Positions 51,432-64,000 of a stretch of DNA of 64,000 bases are shown piece by piece. The notes under the pieces were generated by a model. It saw only the letters and a list, made by a program, of their open reading frames with translations. It searched no databases and was not told the DNA's origin. A program made the translations under genes and the position numbers. This stretch comes from Salpingoeca rosetta (lineage: Eukaryota > Protista > Choanoflagellata), in the NCBI GenBank assembly GCA_033442325.1, contig JAWQFM010000011.1:53906-117905 (forward strand). The letters are read 5' to 3'. Positions within the stretch are counted from its first letter, which is position 1. Every line of letters begins with the position of its first letter.

Positions 51432-52852
51432 CGTGTGTGCGTGCGTGTGACGGAGAGCGCGTCTCGCTCAACCAACAACCAATTGACCACCCAACAAATT
51501 CCCCACCCGCCGTTCACACCTCAGCATCACCCATCTTCTCCCTTCTTAGTTCCTCTTCTCCTGGTGCAGCACCTCTGGGAGGATGGTTGTGACGAGCCCC
51601 CACGCAAAGAACTCGAGGAAAATGACGACGGTGATGTAGTTGACATATGACTGCGATGTCATCTGTCAGCGCCACAGCAACGCAGTGGAGCAAGCGAGAT
51701 ATGGTGGGAGGAACCACGGTGAGGTGAGAGAATGGCAAACAGCCGAGTTGCTGGTCGCCAGCAACGGCAGCGCCAGCTGGGCTGCACTGCGTCCTCAAAG
51801 ATGCAAACAGCTTGACGCACAACCAAGCACCTTCACACGTTGATGCCTACAGGCAGACAGAAATACAGAGAGACAGACAGAGAGACAGACAGAAATACAG
51901 AGAGACAGACAGAGAGACAGACAGAAAGACAGAGAGACAGGCAGACACACAGGGGGAGAGAGAGAGAGAGAGAGAGACAGAGAGACAGACAGGAATACAG
52001 GCCACCACCACCACCACCACCACCACCACCACCACCACCCCACCACCACCACCACAGAAACACACGCTGCAGAAAGAATACCTTGTCTGGGTTTGTCATC
52101 ATGCGGCAGCGAAGGCGACGGCTGAGCCACCGCCCAAAACCGGAGCAGCACGCACTGACTGCGCCAGCACACGTCGACGCCGCTGATGACGATGACGTGC
52201 GCCGAGATGACTTGCGCTTGCGAGCAGATGCAGAGGTGGAGGAAGATGAAAGAGAAGCCCCCGCCCCTGGCAGCGCAGACATGACGGCGGCGGCAGCTGT
52301 TGTTGTTGCCGATGCTGCTGCCTTTGATAGAGAGGCGGCGGTTGTTAGCCCAGGCCCGTTGCTTGCGGAGGCGGGGAGCGGGGCAGCGCCAACCACGGCC
52401 CCGCTGTCGGCACCGCCCATGACGTGCACATGGTCCTGTGCGCATGCCGCACACGCCTGGTGCCCCGCGCGGTCCTTTGTCAGCGCTGGATTGGCACTGC
52501 AGGTGCATACGGCCTCGGGGTGGTCACCTGGCGGCGCAGCTACGGTGGATGTCGTGCGGGCACGGATGGTCGCCGACGACGCGGTGCTGTTGCCGTTTGA
52601 TCCATCGATAGGCAGTGCATGCGACATGTGTGCTGTTGCATCTGCACGCATGTCGTGATTCGATCCCACGTTCATCAGTATTGCGTCGTCGTTGTGCTCG
52701 TCGTGGTGGTGGTGATGGTGGTGCTGTGGCAGGCGGTGGCTGGCATGTCGGTGGCGGTGGTGGTGATCGCTGTCATCATCGTGTGACTGCAAGCGGATGT
52801 GGCGCTGGCGTTTTCGCGGCAGCAGTGCCCACACCGCTTTGAGCAACCCCAT
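47659..52852 (-). CDS. MFSD14: MFS transporter of the MFSD14/HIAT1 type with a long His-rich N-terminal extension
   Basis: VIFLEFFAWGLVTT, GLTQGLKGFLSFLSAPVLGALSDTSGRK, FAVTFSIVFAYVSDVT, SATFAASLVISPALG, SYLPEAGQY, QGAVQGMVTGIRSLCTGLGPAVFG and PGSPFLIG. The last exons (DRKRHDG..., SDVELK...KLEMR*) join in phase. Confidence 0.9.
47780..47838. repeat. (AGTTG)n pentanucleotide repeat in the last MFSD14 intron
   Basis: Directly visible, about 11 units. Confidence 0.9.
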
Positions 52853-53416
52853 CAGTCAATGCTGGATCAGATGGAAGGGAAAGAGTAGGAGGGGGGAGGG
52901 GAAGAGGGGAAGAGGAGAACTGGTGCTCGGCGCATATGTATGTGGATGTGTGTTTTCTGCGTTTGCGTGGGTGGATGCGTATGTGTGTTGGGGTATGTGT
53001 GTGTGTGTGTGGTTGTGTTTGTTTGTGTGCCGCTGGGGAGGGTCAGTTGTTCCAGTTCAGAGACCACTCGTCTCCTCTCTGGTCGTGCGTGTCCGAGTGT
53101 TGTTCGTCTGTCTTGCTTGTCGTTGATGCCAAGAACAGCAACCAACAGCAACCAAGCAATGAAAGGTGGCCTGCACGCACACACAAAACAGACAGCAACT
53201 TGTATTTTTGGTGTCACGACTGAATTCAGTCTCGACTATGGCATGACTCATTTCTCGCTCTCGCTTGCTCTGTTTGTGCTCGCTCCACAAGACACAAGCA
53301 AAAGACAGACAGACACACAACCTCTGGTTCCTCCGTGTGACACACACACAGACACAGACACAGACACAGACACATAAACACGCACACCTCCCCCCGACAC
53401 ACACACACCGACGTGC

Positions 53417-53990
53417 ATGGCGGAGCACACGAAGCTGTTGCACAAGCAGGGCGCAGGGCCGCAGCAGCGGTTTGGTGGCGGTGGCGGCATGATGGACAAG
53501 CCCAGCGTGTGGGACCAGGACCGCCCGCACGAGGGTGCGCTGGAGCGCGACATCGAGGACGACGATGGCGGTGGTGGTGCTGATGATGGTCAATATGAAA
53601 ACCGCGGCAGAAACTTGGAGGCAGGGGCGGCCGCCTTTGCCAACAATGCCCGCGCCAACAGCAACCACCACGTGCACAGAGAATCAGAGCGCCAGCGGCT
53701 GTTGGATGGCACCGAGGATGATCCGCCAGAGGCGCTCCTCTTCATGTGCTGTCCGTCGCCTGACTCCTGGACACAGGCATTTTGCGTGTGTGCCCTTGCC
53801 ACCGTGCTGACCATTTTGGCGACTGCCCTTGTCGGCTCTGCCGGCAACAACAAATACGCACCCAGCACCTTTGTCCAACGCGTCACCTACCAACAAGTGT
53901 GTGCGTGTGTGTTTGCGTTTGTAGGTGTGCGTGTGTGTTTGTAGGTGTGCGTGCGTGTAGGGTTGTGGTATGCGTGTATAAGGGTGCAAC

Positions 53991-54038
<48 letters not shown>

Positions 54039-55827
54039 TGCCTGCCTGTCTGTCTGTCGGTCTGTCCGAGTGAGTACGTTTCGACTGGTTGTTTTAGTTG
54101 CTGTGCCCGCTTGCTTTTCCACCACCACCACCACCACCACTGACACCACCACCACCACTGACACCACTCATCACCAACACCCTATTTCACCACCTCACGA
54201 CCACGGCCACCACCCCTGCCACTATTGCGACCACCCGATGCAGCTGTATGACCACTTGCACGAGCTGAATGCGACTGCAGCGAGCACGCCAGATGGCCCG
54301 CCGTCCCGGAGTGTCCTGTACGGGTTCAACCGCAGCGCCGCATATGTGGAGGCGCAGCTTGAGCCCCATCGCGCCGGGCTCACCAACGTCACCCGACAGT
54401 ACTTTGAGGCGCCCGTGTGGGAGGACAGGGGCAACCACACCATGACCGTGGCCAGTGGCAGCATCACCCTACACCTCCACCCCTACGTCGAGTTCCAGCC
54501 GCTCCGCTTCTCCGGCGGGACAGGCGACCCCATATCCGCGGTTGCCGTCAACTTTGACGGCGCCGCGTGCACGCGAGCGGCGTTTGCTGCGGCGAGCGGC
54601 AAGGTGGCGGTGGTGCCAGACACCAGCACGTGCAGCAACCTGTACCAGCGAGCGCGGGCAGCACAGCAGGCTGGCGCCGTGGCCATGGTGGTGTACCGAG
54701 AGCAGGCGGATGCCATGCTGCCCAACGAGCGCGTGCGAGACCCGACGTGGGCGTACAACGCCTCGGTCCCCTTTGTGCAGATCCCTGTTGTTGGCGTGGT
54801 GCACTTGCTAGCTGCCGCAGTTGCCGATGGGGTGCAGGTGAACATGACGGTCAACGCAGCAAGTGCCGTTGTGGAGACATTCAACCTGCTTGCTGTGCGC
54901 CAGGGCACGCTGCCGTACGCGGTTGTTGTTGGCGCCCACCTCGACAGCGTTCCGCGTGGGCCCGGCATCAACGACAACGGCTCTGGCGCGGCGGTGGTGC
55001 TGGCCATGGCGCAGCAGATTGCGCGCTTCAACCTCCGCCCAACCCTCACCGTCATCTTTGCCTTCTGGTCAGTCACTGCGATTGGTGTATGGTGCGGGGG
55101 GGGGGGCGTGTGCGTGGTGGGTGGAGAGGGGAGGTGATGGGGATGGGGTGTAGGTGTGTGCATCTTGTGGTCTTTCTTTGGCGACCACGAAATGGGTCGA
55201 TGGGACACACCCAGAAAAACGCACGCACACATGAATGCATCTACTCATCCACATCCACACACGCACACACACCCACGCACACACCCTCCCGCACACACCA
55301 CACCACCACACCACACGCACATGTTGTGCAGGGGCGCTGCTGAGGAAGGGCTGCTTGGGAGCGGGTACTTTGTGTCGAAGCTCAACTCCAGCGACACCCC
55401 AGTCCATGAGCCCGTCATTGCCAACATCAACGTGGACACGTTGGCCAGCCCAAACTACGCGCGCTTTGTGTACGAGGGCTCTCTGCTGCCGCCGGGCACG
55501 GCGCGTGCAGGATCCATCTTCCTGCAGCAGCAGTTTGAGGCGTATTTTTCCGCCAACTTGGAGGCGTTTGAGTACATGCCCTTTGTCACCAAGGAGACGG
55601 ACATTGACGGCTCAGACTACCTCCCCTTCTTCCTCCACGGTGTGTATTGTGTTGTGTGTTTCGTGTTTCGTGTGTGTTTGCGCGTGAGTGAGCGTGTGAG
55701 TGAGTGTGTGTGGGTGTGAGTGAGCGTGTGAGTGAGTGTGTGTGTGTGAGTGTGTGTGGGTGTTTGCCTGTGTTTGCTGGCGTTTGTGTGGTTCACATTT
55801 TTCCCCGCTCACACGCACACACACACA

Positions 55828-55905
<78 letters not shown>

Positions 55906-56158
55906 GATTGCTGTTGGCGGGGTGACGGCTGGAACGACGTCACTGAAGAACATCAAGCAGCGGTCGCAGTTTGGCGGGCTCTCTGGCGTTCCCTTTGACC
56001 CGTGCTTCCATCGCGCATGCGACACGTTTGAGAACGTCAACATGTTTTCGTTGTTGAATCTCGGGCACGCCACCGCCTATTCGCCCACGCCACCTTGCTC
56101 AACCTGTGCGGCCTCGTGTGCAAGCTCTCCTCCAAGATGGAGGGCGTGCACGACGTGA
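53417..56158 (+). CDS. Type II membrane-anchored PA-domain M28 (SGAP/aminopeptidase Y-like) peptidase; C-terminus after about 56080 looks non-native
   Basis: TM segment AFCVCALATVLTILATALVG, PA domain (ARAAQQAGAVAMVVY), GAHLDSVPRGPGINDNGSG, FAFW/GAAEEGLLGS, NINVDTLASPN, SDYLPFF and DPCFHRACDT. Exons about 53417-53896, 54244-55067, 55332-55639 and 55904 onward. Confidence 0.88.
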
Positions 56159-59100
56159 TGGTGGAGTGCGTGCGCCACAACTACTTTGACGCCTTTGTGC
56201 AGGGCTTCTACCACACCTCCCGAACCACCATCGCCGACCTGCCCACGTCGTCAAGCACAATCCGCTCCAACCACAGCACCTACCCCTTTCTCAAGTTCTT
56301 CGAGCACATCTTCGCCGCACGTAACCTCCTGTACGAGCTCAGGTTCCGCCTGCGTAGCGGTGCTCCTCTCCCGCGCACGTTCAACGGCGCTGTGGGTCAA
56401 TCCTCCAAGGACCAAGTGCTGCAGATGTACGAGACGGGGCTCGATCGCTTCGATCGCCTCATTGGCAAGCACGTCGCCTACCGCATGTTCTGCCTCTTCC
56501 TCGACGCCTTTGGCAAGCTGGGTGATGTCTTGCGTCAGGGCATTGAGGACGCGCTGGAGGCAGAGCGACACGAGGACAAGCAGCTCGTGCGCGATGGCAG
56601 CAAAGGTGATGGCGAGGACGCCGGTGACACCAAGGACGACGATGATGATGACGACGACGACGACGACGACGATGGCGATAATGGTGATGGTGACAGCACG
56701 GAGGGCAACAAGGAGCAGAAACAAAAGGAGCAGGGAGGCACTGTGGAGAAGTTCAAAGCCATCAACACGAGGCAGAAGGAGGAGTGGGTGCTGTGCTTGA
56801 GCCAGGGCGTGTCGCAGCTGACCAAGTCCCTCAGCTCGATGGTGGTGTTTGCCAGTGACCTGCCGTACGCCGCGCCAGAGCTCATGCTCATTGTGGAGCA
56901 GGCGGTGACCAACACCACCAGCAAGACGGCCCAGGCCTTCCAGCACCGCACCTCGGAGCGGGTGATTGAGCTGCTGGCCAACATCACGGAGCACGCCGTC
57001 GTGCGCGATGTCTCCGATGCCGCAGACGTGCGCGTGTCTGGCCAGCTGAGCGAGGAAGGGAAGAAGGTGTACCCGTACCTGCGCAAGGTGGAGCTTGTCT
57101 CCTCCGTCATCTTCCAGGCCAACCCCGTGCCCGTGCTCGTGTCCCTGCTGCGCGGCCGCAAGCAGCACAACAACGTCTTCCGCACCACCGCCCAGCTCAG
57201 CACCCAGATGGCCTGGTTCACGAGCGCCCTGCGTGCCCTGGCCAACCTGGCCAAGTCGAAGAAGGAGCACCGCCTGCGCATCGTGCACGAGGGTCTCGTT
57301 CCCGTCCTGCTCCGCTTCCTCATTGTCGGCAACCTCAAGCTGCGGCACAACGCCACGCGCTGCCTCAACGAGACGCTCAAGTTCACGCCGGAGAGCGTGG
57401 AGCAGTTTGTCAAGGAGCAGGGCCACCTCACCGTGCTGCGCTTGGCCCAGGAGGCCACGAACAAGGCCATCACCAGCGTGGACACCCGTCTCGAAGGCAT
57501 CCTCTTCAGCGTGCTCGGCGCCGTGTGCTCTGTGCCCGCGGGCGCCAACGCCCTGCTTGACGAGCCAGACTTTATGGAGCTGCTCTCCAACGCTGCACTC
57601 GAGCAAAAGGAGCTGTACACATCCGGTGGCGGCCTCAGCGGCGCGCGCCTCAACATGTGCGACAAGGTCAACCTGCTCTTCCTCCTGCTCACAGAGCTGC
57701 AGTTCCCGGCCAGTCTCAAGGAGGTGCAACAGCACCTGTCAGGCTTGCACGTGCAGCTGTCGCGCTCGCGCGAGTTCCGGGACAGGCACCACAGGGTGAG
57801 CGTCAAGATTGGGCGGGACAACGACAAGGCGCAGCGCCGGGCCGATAGCGCGCGGGATGAGGCTCTCGACATGAACGAGGACGATCCAGACTCGCAGCCG
57901 GAGCACGAGAGCGACCGTGACTCGCTCCAGGCCGGCGAGCTCTCCTCGCGGGATGGCGTGCCCTTGTCCAAGTTTGAGACGTATGTGTACCAGCTGGCCG
58001 AACTGGCCAAACTGTGCGCCGAGGATGAAGCGGACACAGCAAAGGCGGTGGCCGCTGGCACGCGCATCTGCTTCCTGTCGTATTCCTGGAAGCACAAGAC
58101 TCGCTTCAAGCAGCTGGAGCACGCCCTCAAACAGGCTGGCTTCACAGTCTGGCGCGACGAGAACGAGATGGGCAAGGTGCGCGTGCGTGTGTGTGTGTGT
58201 GTGTGCAGGCTGGGCAGTGGTTGTCGTTTTCGCATTGTGCGTGCGTGCGTGTGTGCGTGTCTTGTGTAACCTTGTGTTCGTGGGTAATTGTGTGCACGAT
58301 TTGCGTATGCGTGTGTGCGTTGCAGTGTGCCGTGTATGGTGCGCTCTTATCTCACCTCCCCATCTCACATCTTGTCACATTATTATTTGACTGGTTGCGA
58401 GTGCAGAAGGACAGCATCCTTGAAAGCATGGGCGACGGCATTCATGGGTCTGCGTGCGTGATCATCGACTACTCGCCAGAGTATGCCGAGTCGCACAACT
58501 GCCGCAGCGAGCTGCACTACGCCCACAAGAAGCGCAAGCCGCTCTTCTTCGTCAAGACGACGCGTGCGAACGTACGTTCTTGTGGTAGCTTCTGTCAGGT
58601 GCTTTTGCTTGAAGCGGCGATGGCCACAACCTCTTCGCGTCTGTCCGTCTTTGTTTCGGACATGCCAACGGCATCTCACGTTCTGTTCAAAACACACACA
58701 CACACACACATACACACACACAACACAACACACACACAAATGCACATAAACACACACACAACACAACACAACACAACACAACACAACACAACACAACGCA
58801 ACACAACACGCACGCACACACAAACAAACAAACAAACGTACGCGCGCGCAGCCACCGGACGGGTCCTCGCTTGACTTTGCCCATGGCAGCCACCTGTATG
58901 TGGACTACTCCAAGGTCAACTCCGGCACAGATTACCGCCGTCTCAACCAGCAGCTGTGCAACCAGATTGAGGCACGCCTCAAACTCCCGCCATCCGAGAT
59001 CACAGACGCCGGTTGGGGATTTGAGGAGACGCTCGAGAACTTCCTCTCGTATGCGGGCGTCACCCACGAAGACTCGCACCAAGCGCTGTCCATCCACGGC

Positions 59101-59803
59101 GTCAAGACGTACGCGCTGCTCAAGTCGCTGTCACGCGAGGAACTGCGTCATATGGGCGTAATGATGAGCGACGTCGTTGCCATCATGGACAAGCAGAAGA
59201 CATTCAAGCCGTCGGAGTTTGGCGGCTCGTCGGAGTTTGGCGGCTCGTCGCAGTCTGGCGGTCGTCCGTCTGCTTCGTCGTACTCCAGCACGTACACCAC
59301 CAGCCTGCCGTCAAAGGTGCAGCTGTCAACGCAGCAAGAGCATGAGCAGGCACCGCCACCATACCGCTCTGGGCACTCGACCAGAGAGCGCCCACTCCCG
59401 CCAACGCCGAGCACGGCGCCGGCCACCAGCGCTGCGCAGTCGGCTTACTCCACGTTGCAGCGTGATCCATCGTTCACCGCCCCGCCAACACGCCGCGCCA
59501 CACAGCGCCAAGGTGCGTGTGCATTGTGTTTGTATGTGTGGATGTGTGGATGTGTGTGTGTATGTGTGGATGTGTGTGTGTGTATGTGTGGATGTGTGTG
59601 TGTGTGTGTGCGTGTGTGTGTATGTGCGTGGGTTGTCGACACTGTTGCCACTAGTTTGGCGTGTGTGGCGCGTTCTCATTCACGCCTTCATTCACGCCTT
59701 CATTCACGCCTTCATTCACGCCTTCCCCATTCGCTTGCCTGTCGCAGACGATTTTGGCTTCGAAGGCTCCGAAGACGCCGTGTTTGATCTGGATGAAGCG
59801 TAA
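56095..59803 (+). CDS. ARM-repeat - TIR - SAM protein (SARM1-like domain set); N-terminus probably missing, first ATG at 56137
   Basis: Exons about 56095-58176, 58407-58571, 58852-59512 and 59748-59803 join in frame. ARM-like: ALRALANLAK..HRLRIVHEGLVPVLLRFL. TIR: CFLSYSWKHK...LKQAGFTVWRDENEM...ESMGDGIHGSACVII...SPEYAESHNCRSELHYA...KPLFFVK. SAM-like: LENFLSYAGV...LSIHGVKTYALLKSLSREELRHMGV. Confidence 0.85.
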
Positions 59804-60280
59804 ACCAATCACCACAAATCCTCCATTCGCCTCGGTGCTCATGTTGTTACCCACGCCCACCTCTGCCTTCTTCCATCTTGTTACACATACCAACAGTCAA
59901 CGTTCCGCAATGTTTGGAGGAACTGCCGCTTTCTCTTCCTTGTGCTCTCTCTGCCTTTGGTGCTTTCTTCACTGGCTGCCGATGTTGTTGTTTGTTGGTC
60001 GACACCCGCATGCTTGCTCATCGTGTTGGTGTTGAGATGCTTGCTTGCGTTTGTCTTCCTCGTGCCTTCCTGCTTTTGGTTTGCCTGTTTGTTTCTTCAA
60101 CTTACCCCACCAAACTGTGTTGCTGTCCTGTTGCCCTTGTCGTTTGTTCTGCGGCCTCTGTTCATGCATTTGTTCTCACGTTGCCTGAATGTGCGGTGGT
60201 TGTGATGCCCTCACTCATCACGCTCTCACTGCACATCAACCACACCACATGCACGCGCCTTTCGTTGCCCACACACACGC

Positions 60281-60326
<46 letters not shown>

Positions 60327-60848
60327 GCGCGCGCCTTTCGTTCGTTACACCCCCTCCTACCAATACACACAGCACGACACAATCAGCAGCCACGTCCAAC
60401 GTGTCTTGAAGCTGTTTTACAAATACGACTCGAAACTGGATGGTGTCAACCGCACACATCCGTCAACAAAAGAAAAAAAAAAGTCAGAGCAAGCACAGCT
60501 GCAGCAAGTAAACGTGCACAGCGTGCGCCCGCAAACAACAACTTAAACAACTTAAACAACAACAACAACTTAAACAACAACAACAACAACAACAACAACT
60601 TAAACAACAACAACAACTTAAACAACAACAACTGAGACAACAACAACTTAAACAACAACAAATAAGCAAGCAAGGGCAGACATATATGTTGCGGTTCTTC
60701 GAATAATGGTCAGGTTGTGCTGGCTGTGGTGGATGGATGGAAATAGAGATAAAAGCAGAGGAAAGGGAATCGCAACAATAATCAAAGCAGCAGGATCCGT
60801 GCATCTGTTGCACGTGATGCTGGTGGTGGAAAGTGGCGCACGAGGGCA

Positions 60849-64000
<3,152 letters not shown>

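Noticed and set aside
56251-58235. Long antisense ORFs (494 and 566 aa) over the ARM-TIR gene, and similar ones over 27428-29356 and 1525-2706
   Set aside because: Expected shadow ORFs of GC3-biased coding sequence, with no domain signatures.
53417-59803. A single giant peptidase-ARM-TIR receptor protein
   Set aside because: The frames differ at the junction with no intron to fix them, and type II topology would put the TIR on the luminal side.

Overview
Intron-rich, microsatellite-laden eukaryotic genomic DNA with GC-rich exons and (GT)n/(CA)n-filled introns. The style and gene content fit a holozoan protist, most likely the choanoflagellate Salpingoeca rosetta (inference). Genes in order: 3' end of LTN1/listerin, SLC26/SulP anion transporter, tRNA-Cys(GCA), a short membrin/GOSR2-like SNARE, NFS1 head-to-head with a mitochondrial ferredoxin, MCM3 head-to-head with lipoyl synthase (running into a 601-N gap), an ECT2L-like DUF4347 protein, an intronless RI-type LRR protein, PWP1, Enhancer of polycomb, a doubtful small gene, RDM1, an MFSD14-like transporter, a PA-domain M28 peptidase, an ARM-TIR-SAM protein and a 5'-partial unknown gene. 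Highlights: (1) a SARM1-like but domain-permuted ARM-TIR-SAM protein that keeps the TIR catalytic Glu and has a tail with WW/SH3/SH2-type motifs; (2) a possible sulfur/Fe-S neighbourhood (SLC26, tRNA-Cys, NFS1, ferredoxin, LIAS); (3) the MCM3 Walker A/B exons are missing and two OCRL/INPP5B-like exons sit in their place; (4) an out-of-frame junction between the peptidase and the ARM-TIR-SAM gene; (5) a probable pseudo-peptidase; (6) positional polarity of intronic GT/CA repeats. All gene models were spliced by eye and homologies recalled from memory. No database search was run.
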